In this document: positions 1 to 9,544 of the stretch, piece after piece
Position numbering within the stretch: position 1 is the first letter of the stretch
Layout: each line of letters begins with the position of its first letter
From: an uncultured Gemmatimonas sp.
GTDB taxonomy: Bacteria; Gemmatimonadota; Gemmatimonadetes; Longimicrobiales; Longimicrobiaceae
NCBI GenBank assembly: GCA_964544905.1
Contig: CAZJEH010000001.1
Coordinates: 1 to 55,131 of the forward strand
DNA length: 55,131 nt
Direction of reading: 5' to 3'
The notes under the pieces: model-generated
What the model saw: only the letters and a program-made list of their open reading frames with translations
Told to the model about the DNA's origin: nothing
Database searches by the model: none
Position numbers and translations under genes: made by a program

Positions 1-402
1 GAGTGTCCGATTTTCGTCCGACGATTGTGTCCGATTTTCAGCCGGCGTTGACACCATGCCCGCTACGCCGATCGCGGACCGAGCGATGAAACCCCTGCGC
101 GTCAGACCCATGCTACGCTCCTCGCCCATGTTTCCCCCTGGCGTTCACGGTGACAGACGTCGATGGACGGATGGCGCCCGATGGTACCTCGCGACTCACA
201 AGGCGAATCTAACTCGCCCTTCCGGCCGGGCCAGCATTTCTGCCGGCCGGGCGGTGAAGTCACGGAAATCGCGCTCGCACGAGGCCGCGAAGGCGTGACG
301 GGGCCGGGCTCGAGGCTACTCCGAATACGCGCACCGGAGCGCGCACTCTGACTGGCCGATGGGCGATGGACCGGGTTGCGGCGAACGGGTCAGCCCGGTA
401 TC

Positions 403-420
403 TTGTGAATGTTTTCACAA
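403..420 (+). promoter_or_regulatory. Rex operator (perfect inverted repeat TTGTGAA-N4-TTCACAA) just upstream of rex
   Basis: The sequence ttgtgaatgttttcacaa at 403-420 matches the published Rex-box consensus TTGTGAANNNNTTCACAA in both half-sites. It overlaps the first ATG (409) of the rex ORF. Confidence 0.65.
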
Positions 421-441
421 AACCCAGCAGCTGCGCGAGTA

Positions 442-1107
442 GTGGCCAGGAAAGCACGAATTCCCGAGGTGGACTCGGCCCGGATATCGGAGTCGACCGT
501 CCGTCGTCTCTCCCTCTACCTGCGGCTCCTGAAGGATGCCGAAGCCGCGGGCCAAGCGACCATTTCGAGCGATGAGCTCGCCGATCGATCGGGGACCACG
601 GCGGCTCAGGTGCGGAAGGACCTGTCGGTCTTCGGGTCGTTCGGAAAACGCGGGCTGGGGTACGGCGTCGCGGAGCTGTTGCGCGAGCTGACCGAGATCC
701 TCGGCCTCGATCGGACCTGGAAGGTGGCGCTGGTCGGGGCGGGGAAGATCGGCAGCGCGCTGATTTCCTACCAGAACTTCCGCGCGCGAGGGTTCGAGAT
801 CGAGGCGGTTTTCGACTCGGATCCCGCGAAGGTCGGGGTCGCATGGGGCGATCAGCAGATCCTGAGCGACAAGGAGATGGAGCGGGTTCTGGTCGAGAAG
901 GGGATCGAGATCGTGGTGGTCGCGGTCCCCGGAGATGCCGCTCAGGCCGTGGTCGACCGGATCGTCGCGGCGGGGGTACAGGCGATCCTTAACTTCGCGC
1001 CGGTGCGTTTGCGCGTGCCCGACACTGTGGCCCTCCGCAACGTCGACATGGTGGTCGAGATGGAGGGACTGGCGTTCGCCCTCAACAGCCGCCTGGCCAG
1101 TACCTGA
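442..1107 (+). CDS. rex: Redox-sensing transcriptional repressor Rex
   Basis: N-terminal winged-helix signature (IPEVDSARISESTVRRLSLYLRLL, TISSDELA, AAQVRKDLSVFGSFGKRGLGY) is followed by a Rossmann motif (VALVGAGKIGSAL). The ORF opens at ATG 409, but that codon lies inside the Rex box, so GTG 442 is the more likely start. Confidence 0.9.
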   Translation: MARKARIPEVDSARISESTVRRLSLYLRLLKDAEAAGQATISSDELADRSGTTAAQVRKDLSVFGSFGKRGLGYGVAELLRELTEILGLDRTWKVALVGAGKIGSALISYQNFRARGFEIEAVFDSDPAKVGVAWGDQQILSDKEMERVLVEKGIEIVVVAVPGDAAQAVVDRIVAAGVQAILNFAPVRLRVPDTVALRNVDMVVEMEGLAFALNSRLAST

Positions 1108-1157
1108 CGGCACTCCCCCCGCTGGCAAAGGATCCGGACCGGAGCTAACTTCTCCGC

Positions 1158-2420
1158 ATGCGCAGCAGCATCGGAGGGGGTTCGAGCAGAGTCCGGGTGA
1201 CGTCCGAGATCGGACCACTCCGCGATGTGATCTGTCACACGCCGGGCGCAGAGCTCCTGGCGGTGACGCCATCCAACCGAGAGCAGTTCCTCTACGACGA
1301 TATCATCGATCTGGAGCAGGCGCGTAGGGAGCATCAGCGCTTCCGGGCAGTTCTCGCCCGCTTCGCGACCGTCCATGAACTCCGGGACCTCCTCGAGGAA
1401 ATCGTGGACGAGGAGGAGGTCCGCCGGTTTCTGATCGAACGCGTGCTGCAGTTCTCGGGGTCGGAGCCGCTCGCCGGCCACCTCCACGAGCTGCCGGGGC
1501 CGGAGCTGATCCGACTGTTCATCGAGGGCAAGGAAGCACCCCAGGGCCCGCTCGCGACTCTGCTGCACAAGGTCGGCTACGAGCTACCCCCGCTGCCGAA
1601 CCTGTTCTTCACCCGCGATGCCGCGATGGTCGTAAACCAGAGCGTCATCATCGGGGCGATGAAGTACGCCGTGCGCTGGTCGGAGGAGCTGCTGATGAAA
1701 GCACTCTTCCGTTACCACCCGGGGTTCGCCAACGACGGGTTCATCTACGACGGGTCCGACGAGTCGCGGAGCGACTTCACGATCGAGGGTGGCGACGTGA
1801 TGATCGCCCGGCCGGACCTGGCGTTGATCGGTCTATCCGAGCGGTCGAGTCCGGCGGCGATCGAGATGCTCGTCGATGGTTTGCGGGCGGGCGCCGGCGT
1901 GGAGCATATCATCATCGTCGTGCTGCCGCCCGAGAGCCCGGCGATCCATCTGGACATGATCCTTACGATGGTGGATCGCGACCACTGCGTGATCTACCCG
2001 CCGTACTTCCTCGGGCCCGGGCGGCTGCCGGTGCTTCACTACAGCCCGACGAGCAGCACCGTACGCGAGTGCACCGACCTCTTCAGCGCGCTTAGGGAAC
2101 TGGACCTGCCGCTGTCCCCGATCCGGTGCGGGGGGAGCCATCCCGTGCTGCAGGAGCGTGAGCAGTGGGCGAGCGGATGCAACTTCGTCGCGGTTCGCCC
2201 GGGCGTGGTGCTCGGGTACACGCGCAACGAAGAGACGATGCGGGAGATGGAGCGCGAGGCGGGCTATCGGATCGTGGACGCCATCGAGTTCCTGACCGGC
2301 GAGGTCGAGGTTGAGGACGACGACCGCGCGGTCATCGCCTTCGAGGGGGGGGAGCTGGTCCGGGGCGGGGGCGGTGCCCGATGCATGACGCTCCCGGTGT
2401 ACAGGGAGGACATCTGGTGA
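1158..2420 (+). CDS. arcA: Arginine deiminase
   Basis: 420 aa. N-terminal SEIGPLRDVICHTPGAEL and FLYDDIIDLEQARREH; FFTRDAAMVV; C-terminal GGGGARCMTLPVYRE containing the catalytic Cys. This is the arginine deiminase / amidinotransferase fold signature. Confidence 0.88.
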   Translation: MRSSIGGGSSRVRVTSEIGPLRDVICHTPGAELLAVTPSNREQFLYDDIIDLEQARREHQRFRAVLARFATVHELRDLLEEIVDEEEVRRFLIERVLQFSGSEPLAGHLHELPGPELIRLFIEGKEAPQGPLATLLHKVGYELPPLPNLFFTRDAAMVVNQSVIIGAMKYAVRWSEELLMKALFRYHPGFANDGFIYDGSDESRSDFTIEGGDVMIARPDLALIGLSERSSPAAIEMLVDGLRAGAGVEHIIIVVLPPESPAIHLDMILTMVDRDHCVIYPPYFLGPGRLPVLHYSPTSSTVRECTDLFSALRELDLPLSPIRCGGSHPVLQEREQWASGCNFVAVRPGVVLGYTRNEETMREMEREAGYRIVDAIEFLTGEVEVEDDDRAVIAFEGGELVRGGGGARCMTLPVYREDIW

Positions 2421-3289
2421 ACGAGGTGGTGGGGGGAGTCGAGTTCCGGCCGTCGGGCGTCCTGATTCAGAAGGCGATGAACCTGCTCTCGCGGGGTCCG
2501 GCAACCACGGCCGCGGTGGCCGAGGAGGTTCTGGCGTTGCGGGGCAACCCGAGCGCCGCGGCATCGGCGGTCTTCGCCCTTCTGGGTGCCGATTCGCGAT
2601 TCGACGTGGATGAGGCGGGTGTATGGTCTCTCGCGAGCCCGCGCGCGCTGCTCGGCGGATCTTCGCTGCGTGACGAGGACTGGGTGGTCGTGGACGTCGA
2701 GACCACCGGCGGCGTGCCGGGGTTCGGCCACCGGGTCATCGAGGTCGGAGCGGTAGTCGTATCCGGAGGCCGTATCGTCGAGACCTATTCGAGTCTCGTC
2801 CATCCCGGTCGCCCCATCCCGCGGGTGATCTCCTCGCTGACCGGGATCACCAACGACGAGGTGATGCGAGCGCCGCGGTTCGAGTCGATCGCGCCCCGTT
2901 TACGAGAGGTACTGGCGGGCCGAATCTTCGTCGCGCACAACGCGAACTTCGACTGGCGGTTTCTCTGTGCCGAGATGGAGCGCTGCACCGGCAGCACGCT
3001 GGCCGGCCGCCGACTCTGCACGGTTAGGCTGGCGCGGCGCCTGGTTCCGCACCTCCCGTCGCGTGCTCTCGGCGCGCTCGCCCACCACTACGGCATCGAG
3101 ATGACGGTCCACCACCGCGCTCTTCCGGACGCCGAAGCGACAGCGCGCCTGCTCATCCGGTTCTTCGATTTCCTCGAGGACCGCGAGATAACCGACTGGA
3201 AGGCGCTCGAGTCGTTCATGCGTACCCGGCCGATCCGCCCGCGTCGTCGTCGGCGCAGCGCGATGCCGCGTTCGATGGATATCGCATGA
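2417..3289 (+). CDS. DEDD-type 3-prime-5-prime exonuclease (DnaQ / Pol III epsilon-like) with an unassigned ~95-aa N-terminal region
   Basis: Exo motifs VVVDVETTGG and FVAHNANFDWRFL, plus HHRALPDAEATARL. GTG 2417 overlaps the arcA stop (GTGA) and has AGGGAGGA 7 nt upstream. Confidence 0.8.
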   Translation: MNEVVGGVEFRPSGVLIQKAMNLLSRGPATTAAVAEEVLALRGNPSAAASAVFALLGADSRFDVDEAGVWSLASPRALLGGSSLRDEDWVVVDVETTGGVPGFGHRVIEVGAVVVSGGRIVETYSSLVHPGRPIPRVISSLTGITNDEVMRAPRFESIAPRLREVLAGRIFVAHNANFDWRFLCAEMERCTGSTLAGRRLCTVRLARRLVPHLPSRALGALAHHYGIEMTVHHRALPDAEATARLLIRFFDFLEDREITDWKALESFMRTRPIRPRRRRRSAMPRSMDIA

Positions 3290-4215
3290 CCCCTGATCCG
3301 CTTCCCCGCTCGACCGCCGACCTCCCGCTGGCCCGGACTACGATGGTCGGCGACCTGCGTGTCCACGAGATCGAGGGTGGCCTGCAGCGGCTCGACGGCG
3401 GGGCGATGTTCGGCGTGGTCCCCAAGGTCCTCTGGGAGCGGCGTATTCCCGCCGATGAGAAGAACCGCATCCCGCTCGCCGTCCGCAGCGTGCTCGTCGA
3501 AACGCCCGACGAGCTGGTTCTGATCGAGACCGGGATCGGGAACAAGGAGAACGAGAAGTTCGTTGGGATCTACGGGGTGGACAACGCGCCGCCGCCGGGC
3601 CATCCCGGGGCCGACCGCCTGCAGGCCGCCATCCATGCCCTCGGATTCACCCCGGCCGACATCACGTGCGTGGTCGACAGCCACCTTCACTTCGACCACG
3701 CCGGCGGCAACACGTACCTTGCGGAGGATGGACAGGTCCGCCTGTCGTTCCCTCGCGCGGTGTACTACGTGCAGCGCGGCGAATGGGACTACGCTCACAA
3801 CACGAACGAGCGGACGCGGGCGAGCTACCTTCCCCACAACTACGAGCCTGTCCATGAGGCGGGCCGCTTCCGGTTCGTGGAGGGAGACGTCGAGATCGTA
3901 CCGGGCATTCGCGTGGTGGTGACGCCGGGACACACCCCCTACCACCAGTCGGTGCTGATCCAGTCACGAGGGGAGACGGCCTGCTATCTCGCGGACGTCG
4001 CTCCCACCATGGCGCACCTCGCTCTCCCGTGGATCATGGGGTACGACGTCGAGCCGCTGAGGACGCTGGAGTCGAAGCGCGCGATCCTGGCACGCGCCGT
4101 CGAGGAGCGATGGCTGCTCATTTCAACGCACGACGCCGCCACGCCCTGGGGGTATGCGGTTCGTGAGGGCAAGGACGTAGCGCTGGAGCCGGTCGAGGTC
4201 CTCGCCTCCGTATAA
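3286..4215 (+). CDS. MBL-fold metallo-hydrolase
   Basis: Zinc-binding motif SHLHFDHAGGN, later TPGHTPYH, and a conserved Asp/His further on. ATGA overlap with the upstream exonuclease gene. Confidence 0.85.
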   Translation: MTPDPLPRSTADLPLARTTMVGDLRVHEIEGGLQRLDGGAMFGVVPKVLWERRIPADEKNRIPLAVRSVLVETPDELVLIETGIGNKENEKFVGIYGVDNAPPPGHPGADRLQAAIHALGFTPADITCVVDSHLHFDHAGGNTYLAEDGQVRLSFPRAVYYVQRGEWDYAHNTNERTRASYLPHNYEPVHEAGRFRFVEGDVEIVPGIRVVVTPGHTPYHQSVLIQSRGETACYLADVAPTMAHLALPWIMGYDVEPLRTLESKRAILARAVEERWLLISTHDAATPWGYAVREGKDVALEPVEVLASV

Positions 4216-4237
4216 GCGGGATTCGGGAGATGCGAAG

Positions 4238-5461
4238 ATGAACGCCAGGCAGTCGGATCCATCGCGGACCGCGGTGATCGTCAGCGCCGTTCGCACGCCG
4301 ATCGGTCGGTTCCTCGGCGGGTTGGCGCCGCTGACGGCGCCGGAGCTCGGGGCGGTGGCAATCCGCGCGGCCGTCGAGCGTGCCGGTATCGATCCGGCCG
4401 CGGTGGACGAGGTGATCCTGGGCCACGTGGTCCAGGCGGGGACCGGGCAGGCTCCGGCGCGCCAGGCTGCGATCCGCGGCGGGATCTCACCCACCGTCTC
4501 CGCAATGACCATCAACAAGGTCTGCGGTTCAGGGTTGAAGGCGGTCATGCTCGCGGCGCAGGCCATCCGGGCCGGCGATGGCAGCGTCTACGTCGCCGGC
4601 GGTATGGAGTCGATGTCGAACGCACCCTATCTTCTCCGCGGGATGCGACAGGGGGTGAAGTTCGGCAACCAGGAGATCGTCGACGGCCTGATCCATGACG
4701 GGCTCTGGTGCTCGTTCGGGGAGTGCCACATGGGCGGGTACGCCGAATACACGGCCGATCGGGCCGGAATTTCGCGAGAGGAGGCGGATCGCTTCGCCGT
4801 CGAATCCCATCGCAAGGCGGTCGAGGCGATGGACGCCGGCCGGTTCGAGGCCGAGATCGTTCCCGTCGAGGTGCCGGGGCGCAAGGAGCCGACCGTGGTC
4901 GCGCAGGACGAATCCCCCCGGCGGGACACGTCGCTGGAATCGCTCGCCCGGCTCCGCCCGGCCTTCCCGAACGACGCTCCCGAGGGCATCCGAGAACTGG
5001 TGGTCACGGCAGGGAACGCTCCGGGGCTGAACGATGGGGCGAGCGCACTGGTGGTTACGTCGGAGGAGTACGCGAGGGCCGAGGGTCTGCCGATGAGGGC
5101 GCGGATCTCGGCCTACGCCGTCGCTTCGACGGACCCACGCGACCTGTTCTTCGCGCCGGTGACCGCGGTGCGGCGCCTGCTGGAGAAGGAAGCCCGCTCC
5201 ATCCACGACTACGACCTGATCGAGGCGAACGAGGCCTTCGCCGTTCAGGCCCTGGCGGACGGTCGGGAGCTCGGCTGGGATTGGGAGCGGGTGAACGTCA
5301 ACGGAGGGGCCGTTGCGCTAGGCCACCCGATCGGCGCGTCCGGCGCCCGGGTACTGACGACCCTCCTCCACGCACTCGAGCAACGTGGACTGGAAACCGG
5401 TCTGGCCACGCTATGCCTCGGGGGCGGAAGCGCGGTCGCGATGTCGATCGAAAGGCTCTGA
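4238..5461 (+). CDS. Acetyl-CoA C-acetyltransferase (thiolase II)
   Basis: 407 aa. [13 protein letters not shown] (active-site Cys), [29 protein letters not shown]. Classic thiolase signatures. Confidence 0.93.
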   Translation: MNARQSDPSRTAVIVSAVRTPIGRFLGGLAPLTAPELGAVAIRAAVERAGIDPAAVDEVILGHVVQAGTGQAPARQAAIRGGISPTVSAMTINKVCGSGLKAVMLAAQAIRAGDGSVYVAGGMESMSNAPYLLRGMRQGVKFGNQEIVDGLIHDGLWCSFGECHMGGYAEYTADRAGISREEADRFAVESHRKAVEAMDAGRFEAEIVPVEVPGRKEPTVVAQDESPRRDTSLESLARLRPAFPNDAPEGIRELVVTAGNAPGLNDGASALVVTSEEYARAEGLPMRARISAYAVASTDPRDLFFAPVTAVRRLLEKEARSIHDYDLIEANEAFAVQALADGRELGWDWERVNVNGGAVALGHPIGASGARVLTTLLHALEQRGLETGLATLCLGGGSAVAMSIERL

Positions 5462-5540
5462 CCGAAGGGACTCATCATTGTCACCGACCCGGCGAATACC
5501 CCGTTGCGCCGGTCGATTCACAACCCGAACCAGAATACAG

Positions 5541-6119
5541 ATGTCGATCCCACGCAGCGATGTGACCATCTCGAGCAGGTTGGAGGCACTGGCGACTCCA
5601 TGGAGCCGGCGAATCGTGGGCGTGATCACGTTCGCGCTACTGATCGTGATCTCCGCCAAGATCTCGCTGCCCGTTCCGGGAACCCAGGTTCCGTTCACGT
5701 TCCAGCCGCTGGTCGCACTGCTCGCCGGTGCGATGCTGGGGCCGCGGCTGGGCGCCGCGAGCGCGCTGACGTATCTGACGGCGGGCGCCGCCGGACTGCC
5801 GGTGTTCGCGCTCGCGGGCGCCGGGCCGGCCTACCTGCTTGGCCCTACCGGCGGATACCTCCTCGCCTACCCGCTGGCCGCGTACGTGGCTGGACTGATG
5901 GCCGGCAAGTCGGTTCTCCGCAACGTCGCGGCGTTCATGGTCGGCTTCGCCATGATCTATGCGGGCGGACTCTCCTGGCTCGCGATAACCAACGGGTGGT
6001 CGGCCGCGCTGGTGCTCGGGCTGACGCCGTTCCTCGCGGCCGATCTGGTCAAGGTCGCGCTGGGGGTAGCGATCGCTGCGAAGGCGGGAGGGCGCGCGCG
6101 GACCCTGTTCGGGGCATAG
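5541..6119 (+). CDS. bioY: Biotin transporter BioY (ECF S-component)
   Basis: ISAKISLPVPGTQVPFTFQPLVALLAGAMLGPRLG and GPTGGYLLAYPLAAYVAG are typical BioY strings. ATG 5541 is chosen because the upstream part of the ORF overlaps the thiolase gene and is Arg/Ser-rich and unlike protein. Confidence 0.85.
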   Translation: MSIPRSDVTISSRLEALATPWSRRIVGVITFALLIVISAKISLPVPGTQVPFTFQPLVALLAGAMLGPRLGAASALTYLTAGAAGLPVFALAGAGPAYLLGPTGGYLLAYPLAAYVAGLMAGKSVLRNVAAFMVGFAMIYAGGLSWLAITNGWSAALVLGLTPFLAADLVKVALGVAIAAKAGGRARTLFGA

Positions 6120-6140
6120 CCGCCCGCCGCGCTCGCGGAG

Positions 6141-7043
6141 ATGGAGCGGGAAGCGGCGGGGGTCCGCAGGCGGCCGGGACCGGTCCTGCGGATCGTCGGC
6201 TACTTCCTCTGCTTCTTCCTCCTTTCGGCGCTCGGGCAGATGGCCGTTAGCGTCCTCCCGCGGCAGCCGCTTCAGTGGGCTAGCCTGGTCGCCACCCTGG
6301 TGGCGGCCCTGGTCGCCGGGTGGGTCATGTTGTCGAGGCTCGACGGGCGGCCGTTCGGGGCTCTCGGGTTCGCGCTTCACCGGGGCGTGATCGGAGAGAC
6401 GATCCTCGGTCTGGCCTTCGGGGGGGCGCTGATCGGGGTCGGGATCGTGCTCCTGCTGGCAACGCGCTCGGCCAGCCTTGTCGACGACGGTGGCACCGCC
6501 GGCGAGTACGCCATCTTCCTTGCTTGGACCTTTCTCTTCTTTGCTGCCGCCGCCGCCTTCGAGGAGGCGATCTTCCGGGGGTATCCGTACCAGGTGCTCG
6601 TCGAATGGGTGGGGCCGTGGCCGGCTACGATCGCGGCCTCCATCCTCTTCGCGGTCCTCCACCTGCAGAACCCCAATATCACCCCGCTGGCGGTTCTGAA
6701 TATCTTCCTGGCCGGGGTCATGCTCTCGATCGGCTACCTCCGGACGCGGTCGCTCTGGTTCGCGACCGCAGTCCACACAGGGTGGAACTGGACGATGTCG
6801 AGCCTGTTCGATTTTCCGGTGAGTGGCCTGGGCTTCGACACTCCCCTCTACACCGGCACTCCCACGGGCGAAGACTGGTGGACCGGGGGAGAGTTCGGGC
6901 CCGAGGCCGGTATCGTCGGAACGCTGGTGCTGCTGGCGGGGACGATCGTGCTCGCGCGGTGGTCCCGCGTCGCACCGGCGCCGCGAATGGCCACCCTTCG
7001 CCCACTGGTGGACACTCGCCTCCAACCGGAGGTCGCATCATGA
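6141..7043 (+). CDS. CPBP family intramembrane glutamic endopeptidase (CAAX protease / Abi)
   Basis: Multi-TM protein with FEEAIFRGYPYQ (EExxxR), FAVLHLQN (FxxxH) and AVHTGWNW (HxxxN) motifs. Confidence 0.8.
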   Translation: MEREAAGVRRRPGPVLRIVGYFLCFFLLSALGQMAVSVLPRQPLQWASLVATLVAALVAGWVMLSRLDGRPFGALGFALHRGVIGETILGLAFGGALIGVGIVLLLATRSASLVDDGGTAGEYAIFLAWTFLFFAAAAAFEEAIFRGYPYQVLVEWVGPWPATIAASILFAVLHLQNPNITPLAVLNIFLAGVMLSIGYLRTRSLWFATAVHTGWNWTMSSLFDFPVSGLGFDTPLYTGTPTGEDWWTGGEFGPEAGIVGTLVLLAGTIVLARWSRVAPAPRMATLRPLVDTRLQPEVAS

Positions 7044-7411
7044 GCGCGGGACGCTTCTGGGCTACGTCTCTCGTGGTGGCGGTGGGATTCGCGGTGTTGT
7101 GCATACTGGCTTTCCCGTACGATGCGATCGGCGCCGATACCGCTCCCGAACGCCACCGAGCGCTGCTACTGACGCTGTGGACGGCGGGAGTGATGGCCAT
7201 CTGCTTCGGCGGCGCCGGGCTCGTCGGGTCGATTACCCCGATCGGGATCCGGGATGTCGCCGAGGTAGGTTCCGTGACCGCGGCGGTGGAAGCACGCCGG
7301 TCTGCCCGGATGCGCGACACGGCGCGATTCTACAACTTTGCCGGATGGATCGTGGCGACCGGGCTGTGGGTCATCCTCATCTATTTCGGGGCGTGGCTCT
7401 CCATGCGGTAG
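7040..7411 (+). CDS. Hypothetical membrane protein (about 3 TM), translationally coupled to the CPBP gene
   Basis: ATGA overlap with the CPBP stop. Hydrophobic segments SLVVAVGFAVLCILAF, LLLTLWTAGVMAICFGGAGLV and AGWIVATGLWVILIYFGAW. No recognisable family. Confidence 0.5.
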   Translation: MSAGRFWATSLVVAVGFAVLCILAFPYDAIGADTAPERHRALLLTLWTAGVMAICFGGAGLVGSITPIGIRDVAEVGSVTAAVEARRSARMRDTARFYNFAGWIVATGLWVILIYFGAWLSMR

Positions 7412-7483
7412 TGCGGTATGGCGCCGGCGGCGCACGGGCGTCGCGCGTGAGTCTGCCTTCGCACCAGTAATGTCAGGGGGGAC

Positions 7484-8338
7484 ATGGAGATCGATAGCGT
7501 GGCGGTTGTAGGCGCGGGGACGATGGGGAACGGTATCGGCCACGTCTTCGCGCTCCACGGCGCGAACGTCACCCTCGTGGATGTCGATGAGGGACGGCTG
7601 CAGGCGGCCCTCTCCACCATCTCCGCCAACATGGACCGGCAGATCCGCCGTTCCGAGCTGGACGCCGCCCGCAAGGATGAGGCGCTTCGCCGGATCCGCA
7701 TCAGCACCAGTCTGGCCGACACCGCCGATGCACAGCTGGTGGTGGAAGCCATCTCCGAGCAACGCGAAGCGAAGCTCGATCTCTTCCGCGCCCTGGACGG
7801 AATCGTCCCGGAGCCCACTATCCTCGCGAGCAACACCTCTTCCATCTCCATCACCGAGATCGCGTCCGCGACGCAGCGACCCGATCGGGTGGTTGGCATG
7901 CACTTCATGAACCCCGTGCCCGTGATGAAGCTCGTCGAGCTCGTCCGCGGCCTGGCTACCTCCGACGAGACGACCGCCACCGTTCGGCGGACGGCGGAAG
8001 CCCTCGGGAAGACGGTGGCCGAAGCGAAGGATTTTCCGGGCTTCGTCTCCAATCGGATCCTCATGCCGATGATCAACGAAGCGGTCTACTGTCTGATGGA
8101 AGGGGTGGCGGATCGGGAGTCGATCGACACGGTGATGAAGCTGGGGATGAACCATCCTCTGGGCCCCCTCGCGCTCGCCGATCTGATCGGCCTGGACACC
8201 TGTCTCGCGATCATGGAGGTGCTTCACGCAGGGCTCGGCGACGACAAGTACCGGCCGTGCCCGTTGCTCCGGCAATACGTGGCGGCAGGACGGCTGGGAC
8301 GGAAGACGGGCGAGGGTTTCTACACGTACGACGCCTGA
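7484..8338 (+). CDS. hbd: 3-hydroxybutyryl-CoA dehydrogenase
   Basis: VAVVGAGTMGNGIGHV NAD-binding motif, NTSSISITEIA, GMHFMNPVPVMKLVE, PGFVSNRILMPMINEA, GRKTGEGFYTY. Confidence 0.92.
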   Translation: MEIDSVAVVGAGTMGNGIGHVFALHGANVTLVDVDEGRLQAALSTISANMDRQIRRSELDAARKDEALRRIRISTSLADTADAQLVVEAISEQREAKLDLFRALDGIVPEPTILASNTSSISITEIASATQRPDRVVGMHFMNPVPVMKLVELVRGLATSDETTATVRRTAEALGKTVAEAKDFPGFVSNRILMPMINEAVYCLMEGVADRESIDTVMKLGMNHPLGPLALADLIGLDTCLAIMEVLHAGLGDDKYRPCPLLRQYVAAGRLGRKTGEGFYTYDA

Positions 8339-8488
8339 TCGCACCGGGAACGGTGGCGCGTCCGACCGCCGTGCCGCGCGACGGAGGAGGGGGTGGCGGC
8401 CTGCGGATTGCCGATTCGATCATGCGACGCTGTAAAGGACGCCGCATGTCATCGGCACGCGGCCGGGTAGGGGCAGGGGAGGCACGAA

Positions 8489-9544
8489 ATGCAACTGTTC
8501 GACCTGATGACGAAGTACGGCCATGAACAGGTTGTCGCTTGTCATGAGCCGTCGTGCGGATATCGCGGGATCATCGCCATCCACGACACCACCCTCGGTC
8601 CGGCTCTCGGTGGTACCCGCTTCTGGAATTACGCGACCGAGGACGACGCGCTGACCGACGTCCTCCGGCTGTCCCGGGGGATGACGTACAAGGCGGCCGT
8701 CGCCGGCCTCTCGCTGGGCGGGGGCAAGTCCGTCATCATCGGCGACCCGAAGACGACGAGGCGGGAAGCCATCTTCCGAGCTCACGGCCGGTTCATCGAA
8801 AGCCTCGGCGGGCGCTACATCACCGCCGAGGACGTCGGTACGTCCGTCAATGACATGGCACTGATCCACCTGGAGACGCGGCATGTCACCGGCCTCCCGG
8901 GCGCCTCCGGCGATCCGTCGGTGGCCACCGCGTTCGGCACCTACCGAGGTATCAAAGCCGCCGTCGAGTTCCAGCTCGGACGGACCAGCCTGAACGGATG
9001 CAGGATCGCCGTCCAGGGGTTGGGGCACGTCGGCTTCAACCTCTGTCGCCACCTCGCGGAGGAGAAGGCCACCCTGCTCGTCGCCGACATCGATGAACCA
9101 CGAGTCAGGCGCGCGGTGGAGGAGTTCGGCGCCACCCCCGTCCCTCCGGAAGGGATCTACGACGTCGAAGCGGACGTCTTCGCTCCGTGCGCTCTGGGAG
9201 CCACCATCAATGACGACACCATCCCGCGACTCAAAGCCCGGGTCGTGGCGGGGGCAGCGAACAACGTCCTGGCCGAACCACGCCACGGGAAGATCCTGCA
9301 CGACAAGGGCATACTCTACGCCCCGGACTACGTGATCAATGCCGGTGGGCTGATCAGTGTGTACGGCGAGTTGAAGGGCTGGAACGGGGAGCAGTCGATG
9401 CGCAAGGCGGGGGAGATCTACGATACCCTTCTCCAGCTCTTCGAGCTGTCGCGGGAAGAGGACCTGCCGACGTACCTGGCTGCCGACCGCATCGCGGAAA
9501 GGCGGATCCAGGAGATCCGCAACCTGAAGCGGATCTGGACATGA
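8489..9544 (+). CDS. ldh: Leucine dehydrogenase (Glu/Leu/Phe/Val dehydrogenase family)
   Basis: GIIAIHDTTLGPALGGTRFWNY, LSRGMTYKAAVAGLSLGGGKSVI (catalytic Lys box), VQGLGHVGFNL Rossmann motif. Confidence 0.88.
   Translation: MQLFDLMTKYGHEQVVACHEPSCGYRGIIAIHDTTLGPALGGTRFWNYATEDDALTDVLRLSRGMTYKAAVAGLSLGGGKSVIIGDPKTTRREAIFRAHGRFIESLGGRYITAEDVGTSVNDMALIHLETRHVTGLPGASGDPSVATAFGTYRGIKAAVEFQLGRTSLNGCRIAVQGLGHVGFNLCRHLAEEKATLLVADIDEPRVRRAVEEFGATPVPPEGIYDVEADVFAPCALGATINDDTIPRLKARVVAGAANNVLAEPRHGKILHDKGILYAPDYVINAGGLISVYGELKGWNGEQSMRKAGEIYDTLLQLFELSREEDLPTYLAADRIAERRIQEIRNLKRIWT

Noticed and set aside
2345-2352. G8 homopolymer inside arcA (codons for EGGE) as a possible phase-variation tract.
   Set aside because: The reading frame is intact and the tract encodes the conserved Gly-rich C-terminal region. 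Such a run is not surprising at this G+C content, and there is no evidence of variation from a single sequence.
5385-5540. N-terminal extensions of several ORF-track entries: bioY from 5385, menG from 30906, miaB from 14201, the TonB receptor from 48795, ccmE from 51178 and the bicupin to 26917.
   Set aside because: The extensions overlap upstream genes or intergenic structures and have non-protein-like composition. Internal starts restore canonical N-termini or signal peptides, often with a Shine-Dalgarno motif.
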